The notes: generated by a model not told the origin, from the letters alone. Shown: positions 36,701-51,510, counted from the stretch's first letter. The stretch: 64,000 bases of DNA from Tubulanus polymorphus (GCF_964204645.1 NC_134035.1:12060451-12124450), one strand, 5' to 3'. Program-made: numbers and translations.

Positions 36701-39700
36701 AGCCCGTTTTCAATTACATTTTTAGCGGAAGACCGAAAATTCGTTTCTTTAATATATTTTTCGTAGTTTTATTTCTTCAGTATTTTATTGTTGCTTTTTA
36801 CATCCAGACCTAACGATTTCCAGTCCGCAATTCGGAGCATGCTAAGATAACTGCGGTAATAAATAGTTTTCCTATAATAGCCATGATTTCTCGTTCTTAC
36901 AAAAAGTGTCCGAGCAATCATTTCAAGGATTTTCCGCTCAGTTTAACTACAGATATCGCGGTCGTACAAAGATCGTTGGTTTCAGTATTGGACCAACGAT
37001 CATACAATATGTAATGGAGTCATTTTCTAAATGTCAGTGAAATCGATTCAAGTACGCCAGAATGTCTGATGTTTAAACAAGATTCGTTAAAACCTATCAC
37101 CACGGGAACTGTAAATTTCATATTTGACTAATTCGACGAATGTATTCTAACCACAGCTGGTTCAATTCTTTCGAATGCATACAGCGAACGCGTCGTGAAA
37201 TATACAGAAATCGTACATCTGTGCGTCTATTCTCAAACTCGCAATTTCCGACTACCTATCAATATCACATATCAAACAGTGAAAGATTACCGGCTTCTCA
37301 TGCGCAGTTTATTTTTTTATGATACATTTATTCATAAACGGATTACGATATGAAATCGTATACGCCAGTTTGAATACGCCCTAATCCCGAACAACAAAGC
37401 GTCTGATCTTTTGAAACTGTATTCAGGCAAAAATTAGACGCGACATCATTAATTTTTTGCGTCATTGGCAGTTTGTATCGGAGATTCCCTTTATTAGAAA
37501 TGAAATGTTTTACACCAGCTTCTACATCGTTTCCCAGTACCAGTGTATCCTGGGAAGGCAATCAGTCCTCCAGCAATCACCAGGTCTTGTGCTGCCACTC
37601 TCAAGAAGGACAGGTGGCGTTTGGGCTTCCGTTAACCTCGGTTTTGGCAGGTCGGCTCTGAGTTGCAGCTACAATTAGTTTATGGCTCTATGAAGAATAG
37701 CACTTGCACAGAGCACATCGACGACCAAAACTGCATGGCGAAAACCACTCGGCCAATGCACCCATAGCATATGTCGGTTATCTTGTGCTATCACGTCTCT
37801 ACGAATCGTCCTCCTAATGTCCCTCTCCCCGCGCGAGGCCGAGCGGTGAAAAATGACGATACGATGCTGTGACTGTGATTAATGGGCAAAGCGTCAGAAG
37901 TAAAGTACTTATACGTGAGAAAATCACATTCCAAACTCGCGCACACAACATCCTTCATTCTACGCGCACCAGTTTATAGATTGATTTTTACCGCGCACCG
38001 ACTGTAATGGTCAACACTCAGTAAACCCGGTCCGTCGCGCTTAATGTCTTCATTCTTATCAATCTATAATAATACATGAAGATCGTGATGGCGCCCGTCG
38101 TTAAGCGGACGACGGTATTGTTACTGTTTGATTATTTATAGACGTGGTCTACGTGTTTTCGTTTGATCCGGTTAGATTTAGACTGACCAGCGGGCACACC
38201 GAAACGACAAATCCTCTGTCATCAGCCCAAATCGCATTGATAAATATTCTTCGACAGACTCGCGTTTCTTGGTGAAGTTTGTTGCGTCTTCCATTTATTG
38301 CGCGTAATGCCTCACATGATTCGCGCGATTCTGCCTGTCTGCTGGATAATGAACGTGTCAGTTACTTCTTTACCTCAAAATGTCTAAACATTTCATTATT
38401 CTGCTACTTTTCTGACAATTGATACACGGAGAAGATACAAAAACCTAGTATGTTAAAAACACGACCCTCAATCAGTCGCTTGCCGGTTCAGGCTACGTGA
38501 AAGATTGTTTGAATGAACCGGAACCGAATTTCCACGTATTTCGATTTAAACAAAATATTCTGTAAATTCGACCGCCGATCCCAAAACTACATTTGTACTT
38601 CAATTACCTACTTCGAAATCAAACTCCTTGTTTCGCTCCCGACAGGTGCGTTGCGGCACCAAATCGAAACAAATCAGAATAAATCTACCAATCTAATTTA
38701 ATAACTAGGACAATCCCTCTATTAGGATATGAGCATATAACGACCTTCTGCTTTTGTTTATAACTCAATAAATAACCATTCAATTTCTGCACCATTTCCC
38801 TTCAGTTTTTCTATGCTTCCCTCACATGTTTAAGCTTTTCATTATTTTCTGAGACGGCTCTAGAAATATTCAACCGCAATCTCCTCTCGATACAGATACA
38901 TACAACGCTAACATCGTATCCTATATAGATATTACGCGCTCTACTATATCCATAAGCGAAATAAACACGGGAAGTTTTTAACGCTATGAAAACGATTAAT
39001 TGCTTTTACGTCTAATGTAGCTAGTTAATTTACGTTTCCCCGGTTGTCGTTTAACCCGCGCGATTTTTTTCCGATGGATATTGCGATATGGGAAAACGAA
39101 TCATCAGGTCGCGATTTGATGATTTGAATATTTCGGAAATTTACGACGTTTTAAAAATGCATTATCGACGATTGAAAAGCTTCGAAACATCGTCGCGGAT
39201 TATCATGAATTAATTCAAAATAATCAATTAATTATATAGAATTCGTTTGGATTTACGAATATGGACCTTTCAGCGCATTTTTCAACTCCTCGAAATAGGG
39301 AACTGTCACTGACTTACTCACTTGATATGATTTATCTATCTATTGTATTCATTGTATCTATACAATCTAAAATATTTGTTTATTGCTGTGGGCTTATATG
39401 CCCTTCTGTAGAGTTTCATTGAGTTATCATACCTGATGAGGTTTTGAAGTGAATCAGTGGTATCGATCGTGTTGGATTTATTATTATTTTTCAAAATGAA
39501 TTTTTCTTATTGTTATGATTTTGTCGTGTTTTTCTCTCCCTCACAAACCCACCACTCCAGCTGGGAACGAAACAGGGGTTTGAATTTGAGTTACACAGTT
39601 GGATGGTCGGTCGAATTAACGGATGAAGCCTAAGCGACGCTCAAAGCTTGTAAATGAAGTATAGCAGATTATTAGGTTCACAGGCGCTGCGAAATTCCCT

Positions 39701-41945
39701 ACTGAATAGAAGTATTATTTTTCTTTTCCTTTGGGCTTCATGCTATAATTGGATTTACCTGTATATGATCGTAAACAAGGATTACATCGAACACGTTCCG
39801 TTTACAAATATTATAATCTATAACATCATAATACAAATACACACACGTGGAACTACTGGAACTATTTGCCATACGCAGAACCAATACACGCAGACGACTG
39901 TTTACTCTCTAAATCCCCAGTCACATTAATGTTATACTAGGTCCAGACAGAGATGAGAATTTGACCAAAATCTAGAGTTTTATTAAACCGATAAAACTGT
40001 TGAACGGGGTCCAGTTAGCTGAACTCTGAATTTAGATTAGTTCATTATCAAGCAAAATTTGAAATGTTGATCCAGGTCCTGGTTCCATCCAGTTTCACAA
40101 GAAGACTTAATTGATTGAAGATAAAACTGATGGCCCCTTGGCCCAGAATCAAATTCAAAAGCGCATTCTGCGTCTCAATATGCATCTTCGAATCAATATG
40201 CGCGCGTAATGACGTCATCTCAATTACGGCTAAAGGAAACAGTCAATGTGAAGGTCACTGATTCTCGAAATTCGACCTCCATAAGTTTTGCTCATTAATC
40301 ATAACTTAACGAGCGATTGCGCGGTAATTTTTCACAATTACGCTCTGAACTTCACTACGAGTAAATATTGCCCTCCGACCCTGAACAAATATCATTTGTT
40401 ACAGATACACAAACACTTGTTACAACCATCCGACAAAACAACATTCCGCCCGGAAAGATGATGTTCGTCGTAAGAGAAAGTACAGACATCCCCGGATAGA
40501 ATTTATGGATTATTGAAATATTCATTGCAATCTAAAAGACGGTCGACGATTCTATTCAATGTATTTATGAAGTTCGTTTCGGTTTTATCGGTTTTTCTGT
40601 CAATTTTTCCGCTTTGAAATGTAAAATATTCGGATGATTAATTAACGAAAAATATAAGATCGATAAACGTTTGAATCTCCGTAAGTGACATAATACGCGC
40701 CGTGTAAGAGGTTTAATAGATCGCTTATTAACGGATAACCTTGGGAGAAAGTGGCTTCGAATCCCGTAATAACCTTGAAACCGCAATTGTACGATTTTCG
40801 GTTTAGTCATAAACGCAGCGTCTAATATTGGTTCACAACTGTAGTTGTCGTAGGGACTGGAATTTGTATTCTGGTTTTCGAATAGTTACAAAATTAAGAA
40901 GAATTTCTCTGATGCCAAAATTCACCATGAACTGTGGAATCGATTCCTGTATCAGTTTTTTCTTTAGTTGGGTCTTGTCTTGCATCTCTCTGTAGCATTT
41001 ACGTCTTTGAATAAACCAGTTCTTATACAGTGCTACTTACGCGGACGATCCTTCCTCTGGCAATGGAACGATTTATAAAGGGGCACGAGAGAGTGAGAGA
41101 GTGAGAGATAGAGAGAGGGAGAGAGAATTCTATCTGCGATTTTTCTCTATATTTGCCTCGAGAAACTACAGGTCTCCTTCATTCACAGAGCGCGAATAAA
41201 GAGACGAATAACATTCTACTCTCCTTCACTTAATGAATGTTGACTTTACTGGCGATCGCAACGACGGCACTCGACGCTTTTCAAGCGGTCAGTGTCAACC
41301 CGTAAAATAATTAGGATCTCTCTCGTCTCGGAGAGAGAGGTAAGTTGTTTTTCCGTCCCCCGAAGAGCTTCTTTAGAGCGCCCGGTCTGAACGTGTGTAT
41401 ACATAACGAATTTCAATCTCCCGATGCGATTTGTTTTCTCGTAAAATCTTCTGCAACTTTAAAAACCCTTTTAGCCGATAAAATCTACACATCGAATTTT
41501 AACACGGATAATCCTTGGGAATGTTTTGTTCATGAACGTGCCTGACAGGTTTGACACGGAATCGGGGCTTTCTTTTCACTCGAGAAAATGTACGGACTAA
41601 AGGAGTCCATCTGAAACGCGCGAGTGCCCGCCGCGGGGCGAATACCGGTCGAAAACTAGTACTGTCTGAAACTAGCAATTAAACATTTATCTCATGTCGA
41701 GATAATAAAAGATAGCTTGTTGCTCGGTTTACTGACAGACTATTATTCGCCGGAAGGTAAATTCTAATTCGGAGGAGTCGATGAAGCCCCTGGTTTCAGT
41801 AGAAGCGCTGTGGTTTTCTAATCATTCACCCGTCAGAGAAGATGTTGCTCAATTAAAGTGAAAAGTTAATTATTTTCTGTCTGTTGAACTGTATTCTGTT
41901 TTCAAGTTTAAACGAGTCGCTAACTTTAACTTAAACGGATTGAAA

Positions 41946-42108
41946 TCTCCCTCTCCCTCTCCCTCTCCCTCTCCCTCTCCCTCTCCCTCTCCCTCTCCCT
42001 CTCCCTCTCCCTCTCCCTCTCCCTCTCCCTCTCCCTCTCCCTCTCCCTCTCCCTCTCCCTCTCCCTCTCCCTCTCCCTCTCCCTCTCCTCTTCCTCTCCC
42101 TCTCCCTC
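41946..42108. repeat. (CTCTCC)n microsatellite
   Basis: Seen directly; explains the SP/GE ORFs. Confidence 0.99.
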
Positions 42109-44477
42109 TTATTAACATCGGGTCGCGCAGATTTTCTGATTTCATAAAAGCGAGGGTGTTGAATTCAATGGCTCTGACTAGCTAATCGGAATCGGATGAA
42201 TCCTTCCGCAACATTCAGCCAAATGGTTATCTTCAACTGGCTTTCTCCTCCAAACGGCAGTCGGTTAGTCAAGGTCAAGGTCTTGGGCTCTGATTTATCT
42301 GTTTTTCGGTATAGTTGCGCCATATGTTTTTTTTAAACTAAGTCTCAAAAGTCGCATTAAAGCGACGTGTATGAATTATTCGGAGCAACTTTAAATTATT
42401 ATCGCTCGCCAGGGGATTAGAATTCAAATTAAGGCAACGTTGAATATCTAATTAAAAATCTAACTTGCAAATTTACTATTCTTCAAAGTCCGGCACAGCG
42501 GCATCGGGGGTATCGGTCGCATTGATTCCGCAGAACTTGTCAAAATCTGAATTGCACGCAAAGAAACTGACGGAAAACTGTTGAAGTGGCAGTATGTATA
42601 GTTTGTACCGAGATGAAAGAACGCGTCGATAAACTAGTAAAATGTGACGTGTGAATAAATGGGGTCGAAAACCGGACCAACGAGATATCGCTGATAGCTA
42701 CGAGGGAAAACATCTTCCGTAGGAATCCGCGAGAGGTTTGTCTTTTCGCTTTGCAGTTGCGTGCGCCGCGTCAGAAGTTCACGCCGCGTCACATTTCTTT
42801 ATTCATTTATTCGGAACCTAAGAAAAATGATGTTGTCTGTAGACGGTGCCGGCAGTGAAGACGGTGTCGGCAGTCACGGCTGCGGTCAACGAATAAAAAC
42901 GAGATATCAAAACCGCAGAGAATTCATAATGAGATTCTCATTAATCAGTGCTATTATCGAGGGATTTATTTACGTGATTCGCCGGTTTTTCTCGCACTGT
43001 TTTCGCGTGTGTTTGTTTACACGCTGGTTCTCACACTGTTTCATGCGATATAATCCCGCCCGTTTTAAAACGCTGCCACCAGTTTCCCTTCAGTGGTTGT
43101 TTATGGTAGTTTTGTTTTAGAAGCGCCTCGTCAGGGGACGACGCGCAAAATTAAGGTGGATTTAGATCTGAATTTCGTAGACCATATCTAAACAACCAAC
43201 CGCACAAATTTATCCCCGACAACTACCTGTAAGGTCGCAAGCGACTTATTACTGAGACGAGACTGGCGTTCATATTACAATTAACCCTTAGACACAACCA
43301 GTGCGTTGTCAGTAACCCAATATACTTATCCGATATAGAGCTACAGAGTGTGACAGGGGCTGCCGGGCGGAAATACCTGTCTAGACTTCAGTCAAGAGGT
43401 TATGTAACAGATTCTTCGCAGTAGACAGGTCAAGATTTTATCCAGATTTTTAATGCCCACTGATGGTTTAGTAGTAGACCGTTTTACGAGTAGCGAAGTG
43501 GTCGTTCTTATCGCGTCGAAACCAGAGAGATAACAGAATATTATCTCGACTAAGATATGCCGAAAAATTCATTTTTTCCATATCGAACCGAACTGTGGGA
43601 CTAAAGCTGAAAACATTCGCGTAAAATATATGAACCTCTGCACCAAGTTCCACAGTATTTACTATAAGTTCAATACCAATGTTGATCCACGGTAACGTAT
43701 CCAAAAAATGGTTTCATCGTCGGCAATTTTTCTCTGTAAAAGAATGAAGAAAATGACGATTATCTAGAACCGAGAGACATTTTGTTTCGCTTGTTACTTC
43801 ATCTTTTCCACGGTTTCATTGTGTAGTTATTGTTTTTTTTTTGTTCGGTTCCGACGAAGTCTTTACTCGAGAATATTGAGACGATCGAATTTTCCCAGCA
43901 ATTTAACACTAGTTAAGAGTTGTAAGATGTCTCCTGCGTTGTTCGACCGTGCGGTATATTTTTTGTACGAGTAAATTGCGATCATTATTACAGGCACTGG
44001 ATGATGTTGTTGATGGTGACAGCGGTTTTTGCTCCCCGCACAGATTATTTCGATACATCATTTAGCCGCGACAAACCGACTCAGCGAAAACGGCGACAAA
44101 TCGGCCAATTAACTGCATCGCTACCAGGCATCATCGCTATCACAATAGACTGAAATTATCATCTTCGATGTCTCAGTAGTTATAAACCGGCGAATCGCGG
44201 TGACTTAGACGACATTCGTGAGCGACAACCTGTACCACAGCATCAAACCCCGAACCCGATACTAAACCATTCGGGCCGAAACCTGAGATGTATCTAATTC
44301 GTCGAGAAGTTGCATTCTAAATATCTCCTCATAACGAATTCTAATCGTTCTAAGAAACGGGTAAATTATGTAACTTTTCCTTGGGCGTGTGTGATTGATA
44401 CGAAGTAAAGGGAAATATTTGCGAGAGACTATTTCCTGTCTTGAATCTTATTCAGTGAAAACACAAAATGTAGATCT

Positions 44478-44572
44478 AAACAACAGCTGTTTTTTTATTC
44501 CTCCTTATAAATTCTGAAGATGGGTGGAAATATTCCACCGAAACGTAAGGAATAAAACAAAGCCGTTGTTTT
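44478..44572 (+). ncRNA. Hammerhead ribozyme core in a short fold-back remnant
   Basis: CTGAAGA-TG-GGTGGAA(ata)TTCCACC-GAAAC-GTA at 44514-44547. 44478-44502 is an inverted copy of 44548-44571. Confidence 0.6.
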
Positions 44573-47500
44573 CGATTTTTTTACTCAATAACAGAAGGAA
44601 ATGTATCAGTTCGTCGACTCGGTCTTTCTTTCTAGCTATTCCTGGAAGTGTTTGTATCCTCACCTTCCCTTTCTATCCATCGTCTCTCGTCACCTTATAC
44701 CGCAAGTTAACATCAGACACTAAGGTTCTTGGTATCTCTAAACCATGGAATGTCCTTTTTCTCAATCTCAGTAAAAGACAGAAGTAGGTTTTGTATTCGA
44801 GTTCAACAGTCGTGATTTTTAAATCGCTTTTATCTGAAGACGTTGATGAAGTTAACTATCGGTGACTATCTATCGTGGTGGTATTTATTCATTAACGCAC
44901 GGGACACTGGTTCGCGAGTTGCCTCGCAAGCAAACACCAGGACACTGACACACGGCTAGAATCCTCGATTCGTCTAATTTTTTGCGCGTGTTCTTGTTTT
45001 TTTACGCCGTAAAAACCGTTTCGTTAATGTTTATATACATTGACGTCATCAATATATCGGGGCTAGACTGGTTGCCGCTCAATTGAATTGAATTATCGAT
45101 ATATTCAAATCCAAAATAACTTTATTGATCCTTAATATCATCATCATCGTCATCATTTCGGTTACGCGAGGAAAATTTTCCTTTCAACTGGTATCAAATA
45201 TATCTTATTATCATATAATTGACTGTTGACAATGTTAAGCAATTCATGTGTTATTCTTTAAGGCGTCAATAAACTTTTAAGTTAGTTTTCTTGTTCAAGA
45301 CTAGTTGCAGTCCTCGGTAAAACCAGACTCCCCGGGAACTAAAATAAACTTTTCAGTAATTTCACAAAGTTATGCGTATGTCGGTCGATCTTCAAGGTTG
45401 AATATTATGTCTTCGTCACCCGAGCCCAGAGAGTGCAAGGATTGATGATCGAGTCAATACAATACGGTCTCTATATACGACGCTGATTTCTGCATTGAAT
45501 CTGATTGAACTGGGACTCGAGAAATAAATCGACTTAACGATGGTTTTTGAATGGAAGTAATTTCGTTCAGTCGAACAAACTCCACAATCATACCGTCGAC
45601 AGTTCACGAATAAAATAGCAATTTACCGACCGGGTCCCCGCGCGGCCTTGCGTATCGCGCTGCACTCTGAACGATTTCATTCCACCGAAAGTATCCAATT
45701 TATTCGCAAGCGTTCTCGATTTTGAGTTGATTTGAAATTAAAATTTCACGGCAAATCTTTGCATTGAGACGATTAATGTTCCGGCGGAGTTTGAAGAACG
45801 CACTCGAACTCACCCCCCAATGAACGAATGATTATAATAACGACGGATCGGATTTAATTCGATCCCGCGGTAAATTCAGCTGCGATGACTCTCTCAAAAT
45901 ACAAACACTCACACACGAGTCCCCTTTGTAACAAATCACGATCTGATTGTTTCGAATTCAACGCGAAATTATATTTATACAAAAGTGATTTGATTAGAGA
46001 AACATAAAGCATCAAATCACACAGCGGGTGCTAATCAACGTGGAATTGTCGTCGAATTCAATTAACATTTAGCACTCTTAAATTTCGTCGGAAAATTTCG
46101 AATGAAATTCGTGATGAAAGTTTCAGACTTTTGATTTACGTAGAATAAGCCACGCTCAGATAGAAAATGTGATATTTGGAAACTTGATCCGTTCGTTTAA
46201 TGGCAGATTGTTCCGGGTTCTATTTATCAGAAGATATTATATTACTCGTTGTGCGAGTCTGTTTGTGGGAACGCGATCTTTTAATCGCCCTCACATGAGA
46301 GTATTTCTTCTCAACTTCCTCAGAGTAAAATATCACGTTTTGTTCTTCGAAAAACCTGGACACGAAAGTCGGGGTTAATAGATCGTTCAAAGCGTTCAAA
46401 GCGGAAACTGTTTGGAATTAACCGAGGAAAATGTGAATAATTTTAGATAAAATGTGATATAAGAGAACTAATTCGATCTTGAACCATCGGAGTCGGTTAT
46501 TCGACAAAAATCATGGAAATTGGTCCGATGGTGGACTATGAATTTGCATAGCGCCTTATAAATAATAGAACTTTTATCACAAACGCGCTGTCCAGAAACA
46601 GGTGATGACTTGAACAGAAATGTGTTGAGCTGCTGTTTGAATGCGCGGAGACAATATCACAACATCAATCAAAACGTTTGTATTATCCTTATTTTAATGA
46701 CCATTCTTTAGTTCATCGTCAATAAATGAAATGACGGCCATCAGATTGTCGTCTCACTTTCATTTAAACTCAATGCACCACTGGTGCAATGACCGCGGAG
46801 TCTTTTAAAACAATCAATCTTTTATCGGAGTCCATAAAAATATCACAGAGGGGCACCGCCGTGGAGTCTTTTATTGGAGTCCATAGATATATCACGGAGC
46901 GGCACCACTGGTGCAGTGACCGTGGAGTCTTATATTGGAGTCTTATATAATGTCCCTCATGCGCGTCCGCCAAATGCCTTCAAACGACGTGATCGAACTG
47001 AGAGAAGATTCCCTTCATTCGAAAAGTATTCAATCTCGTAGCCTTCAAACGATTTCGAACTATTACGATATAAATCGAAACAACTCTGGAATAGGGTATA
47101 ACCCAGGTTACTTTGAATATCGAGCGATTGGAAATTTTATGAGTATATTAGCCATGTGCTTATCTCTCGATACCACGTGTAAAACCATTTAATACTTCCT
47201 TATCATTAATCCATTCACCTTCTGTTAATGTATTTATTGCGCCGACTACGAAAGTACGAAATTTATGGAGGATTTGCACGATTTATGTCTATTTTGATGA
47301 AGATATGAAACAGCGCTTGGGAGTTGTTGAAATTTGAGGATATTTACTTTGAGAGATTTAACGCCTGGATAGCGTTGTTGTACACATTATTCACCTTGAC
47401 TTCGAACATGTTCTCTGGATACCAGAAGATTATAAGTTTTCAAATTCCACCCGATTCCCGGTACAGATTACACGGTTGATTATCAGCTAGTTTCTCTACT

Positions 47501-49581
47501 ATTATTTTGCCAACAGACAGATGAGCTGACGATACAAAACTTAATTCTTCCTTTTCAAGAAATGTGAACTAAGTTTAGGGTAAAGGGAGGCAACGTTCGG
47601 CGTTCTATTTTTGATAATAATGCGTGTTGAAGCATGGTTCGCTGAGCGGCGTGAACCCCGTTAAATTGCGGTAAATTCGACGGCTGTTGAATTACGTATA
47701 GTGTTCGCCTTTCGTCGAAGCGACAGATTTTATATCCATTTAGCGCTAGATTCGACGACCGTGAATAAATGAATGACGGCGCTATCTCGTCATTAGTATC
47801 ATTAAAAACAGCGGAAACTACAGCAATTCGAGATTGGAACGTCATCGTAAAACTAACTGAACTGTGAATGATCGAAAATGTGCCGACAACCGACACCGAA
47901 TCCGTCATAGTCTCAAATATTCAACCCACGGGGCTCATACCATCAATAACATTCGATTATTAAATCATTCCACTGATATAGGAAAATAATAAGAAAATAT
48001 CTTTTGAAAAATTGATTAAATCTTTAATTTTCCGCGGCGGTTTTCGTTGATGATTAGCGCGAGTCAGAATTCTATCGAACGAGACAAAAAAGTAAACGAA
48101 AACGCTTCGAATCCCAGGATGAAAAAGTCATCGGAGTCGGAGAGAAATGATGACACATTCGCCGCGCGAAAACTTTTAAAAATGCGTCGTTTGTCGTTCG
48201 GAATCAAAGCACAAATTGCTGGTGGGATCTTTACTCGCGAACGCGTCGAAGATTAAACATAAAGATTTCTGGACGCGATTCTTTCGATTTTACGTCACAA
48301 ATCGAGCGCAGATTTGTAGCCGATGAAAACTAATGTCTATCGGGTTATGACGATCAACTCCATTCCTCCCCTTCCCTCCCCTATATCTCTCTCTCTATAC
48401 GAGACAATACGAATCGCGTACTCGATAATCAAATTAATGGCTCGCTGCTCACTGACAGATACTGCCTTCCGTTTATCAAATTAATTTTTCAAGATAAATC
48501 GACGCTACGGATATTTTTATTTGTCGATTGATTGATGGATTAGATGTTATGACTATACCACGGTCTTATAATCGAATAGAGGACTGATTTGGAAGTTTCT
48601 CATTAGACAAAGCGTAAACTTTTGCGGAAAGCAGAACTTTCTAAGGTCAAATATCTACTATTTCGAAAATAGGCGCATCGAATCAAGTAGAGGACTCGGT
48701 AATCCGCTCAAAAAGGCGTCATTAATTCTTCTCCATAATCCCGTGATAAGTTTGATAAGCAGTAACTAAACTCGTAGGTCAATACCCCTGCAATGTCAAA
48801 CGAAGGACACGAAAAGGTTACGGAAACCTTTTCTAAAACTCTTTTGATCGAATATGGCGCTTAAGTGCATCGTTACTGACAGGACGTGGATTTAAAAACC
48901 ATCGAAAAGCTATTGATTGTCTACCGTCATAATCCGCGCGGATTATTTCAACTGCGGAGCGTCCTCCTTGAGATGCGCGCGGCGGTCGGTAATTAGGTCA
49001 GTGACGTGTATAATATCCCGGATGTAAGCGTCCGTCGTTCAATATCCGGTCGGCTAACTATGTCAATCAGAACCGTCGTAAAGATTAGAATCCAGTTCTC
49101 CTGTCTAGTGTAAAATACAAGAAAATAACAAGCTTCCCGTTAATAGCAAATAAGACGTTGTACGCACGATTTTATATGCATTTATGCATGCACTAGTTTT
49201 GATCATCAGTGATGGGCACTCATCCCTTTGAAAAGGGTTCCAGTGAAAATCTCGTCTAATGGATGAGTGATCGACTGGAAAAAATCTCCCGCACGTAGGA
49301 TTTTTTATCACTTATCAACTCTTATAAATAAAGTCATGTCTCCAGGAAGTGTAAAGTGCGCCGGTGCTGCGTGAACGACAATTTCTCAGAAATAGAGATT
49401 TCTTTCATCAGAAAAAGTTTCTCAGTCACATGTGGGATTGTCGGCGTAACGCCGTTCGATAGATCTGTCAGCGTTTTTTTTCTCCGGCTCGAAACTTTAT
49501 GGCTGGAATTTTGTGTCGTCGTCCGTGATCTCCGAGCAATGTAGAAAAAATTAAATAAGAAAACGAGTGTTCGAAATTCAG

Positions 49582-49848
49582 GGGCCAGTTGCTTAAAAGA
49601 TGGTTCAAGATAATAACAGTAGAAACCATAGACGCAATTTATTGTCACTATGTCCACTATACACTCAAACCAACCTTTGCTCAAACCAACCTTTGAGCAA
49701 CTGGCCCCAGGGGATGGTTGCATAGTCATGGCTTAGACTTAAGACTACTCTAAGACCAACTTAGTTCTATATCCAATCTAACAATTTAAGACCGATCTTA
49801 TGATTTAAGACCACTTTTGGTCTTAAGTCACGACTATGGAACCGGGCC
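49582..49848. mobile_element. Two tandem Harbinger-type MITEs sharing a CAG target site
   Basis: cag-GGGCCAGTTGC..GCAACTGGCCC-cag-GGGATGGTTGC..GGAACCGGGCC-cag. Confidence 0.75.
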
Positions 49849-50841
49849 CAGGAGTAGCTGTTTAGGGATTGAGAGCTGACCTGGTTGGAAAACCGTTTTA
49901 TTCCCAATCTGTGACAGAACATTCGAAATGGATTACCATGTTTGCTATTTTGTGCATATAAACCGCTGAAATCCTGATTGATTTTTTGACAGTTATCGGA
50001 GAAACAAAGGAAACAGAGGCTTAATACAAAGAATATTCATTCGAAAATAGCTTTTAGCAATAGCTTTGCGCGAATCGTTTGTCTTTCAATAAACATCTGG
50101 AGCCAGTTCCACAGTTATGAGTTCAATCGAGTCGTGTTGATGATCGCATAACTATTAAACCGAAAACCCAGACAAATTACTAGTGTGTTTTGAAAATAAA
50201 ACGGCTCAGTCACTTATCTAGCTTAATATCTGAATCTTGTCTGAACACAACGCACCAATAGAGCGCACAGGATCCCTCGATAACAATATTTCACTCGTTT
50301 CAATTTCGAGTTGTGTTTTCATCAGATAGTCTCATCAAGTGCGTTTGGGACACAAATACAAAAATTTAAATATTCGCTTTCTTGCCAATGTTCCGGCCCG
50401 GGTAATTTTTTCCAATTTGATTCTCAAAGGGGAGTGGTGTGCATATTCAAGTTTCTCATTTATAGCGCGAGGACATTTGACATCGTTAACCGAACTGTTT
50501 TCAATATCAGGCGTCGGTGTTGAGACTTCGTTAGATCAGTCGGATTTTTCCACGGTTTCTTGAAGTACTTTGGCCGAGACGCGCACGATAGAATCCAAAC
50601 TGAATTTCATCAGGCGATATTTTAAACCCGTTGGTAATTCAATTCATAGGGAAAATCCATCGCCGAGGAATCGCACGCGATTGTTGATAACTTCCGAATT
50701 CGCTGCACGATCATGGCGAACGAAAACGCAAGAAATATATATGTATTCGTTTTAATCGGGAAAGACGTCAAATTGCATACGAAATGGGTAGAGAGAATCC
50801 GACAATAATAACGGAAAAACAAAGTCCGAAAATGTAACTGA

Positions 50842-51312
50842 AGCTAGTGCAGAAAATTCAACGTTTCGACTACATCCTGATAGTCATCTTCAGGAATACT
50901 GTATTCCTTGAGCTAGTGCAGTTTATTCAACGTTTCGACTACATCCTAATAGTCATCTTCAGGAATACTGTATTCCTTGAGCTAGTGTAGTTTATTCGAC
51001 GTTTCGACTTTATCCTAATAGTCATCTTCAGGAATACTGTATTCCTTGAGCTAGTGTGGTTTATTCAACGTTTCGACTATATCCTAATAGTCATCTTCAG
51101 GAATACTGTATTCCTTGAGCTAGTGTAGTTTATTCGACGTTTCGACTTTATCCTAATAGTCATCTTCAGGAATACTGTATTCCTTGAGCAAGTGCAGTTT
51201 ATTCAACGTTTCGACTACATCCTGATAATAATCTTCAGGAATACTGTATTCCTTGAGCTAGTGTAGTTTATTCAACGTTTCGACTATATCATAATAGTCA
51301 TCTTCAGGAATA
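50842..51312 (-). ncRNA. Seven tandem 69-bp units, each a minimal type I hammerhead ribozyme motif
   Basis: acgtttcgac recurs at 50861, 50930, 50999, 51068, 51137, 51206 and 51275. The minus-strand unit reads TATTC-CTGAAGA-T-GACTA(ttaggatr)TAGTC-GAAAC-GT(T/C)-GAATA. Confidence 0.8.
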
Positions 51313-51324
51313 ATGAAGATGACA

Positions 51325-51370
51325 TTATTCCTGAAGATGACTATTAGGATATAGTCGAAACGTTGAATAA
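51325..51370 (+). ncRNA. Eighth, inverted hammerhead motif copy
   Basis: TTATTC-CTGAAGA-T-GACTA(ttaggata)TAGTC-GAAAC-GTT-GAATAA. Confidence 0.8.
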
Positions 51371-51510
51371 ACTACTCCAGCTTCACTTACATTTTTGGAC
51401 TTCGTTTTTCCGATATTATCGTGGGATTCTCTCTACTTAGCTTCAACACGATTATAGTGTTTTATCAATCGTGTGCATACAAAATGATACATAAAAACAG
51501 CTTTTCTTTC

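Larger units (their letters stand above)
50787..51473. mobile_element. Fold-back Penelope-like element containing a tandem hammerhead-motif array
   Basis: Inverted outer arms start at 50788 and end at 51436; a 37-nt tail at 51437-51473 has hairpin AACAC..GTGTT. TSD TGCATAC(G/A)AAATG at 50774-50786 and 51474-51486. Confidence 0.85.

Noticed and set aside
37500-37750. GC-richer segment that looked exon-like
   Set aside because: Stops in the frames examined and no recognisable motif or consistent splice sites.
50842-51312. CRISPR-like regular array
   Set aside because: Whole units are near-identical with no unique spacers, the context is eukaryotic and there are no cas genes.
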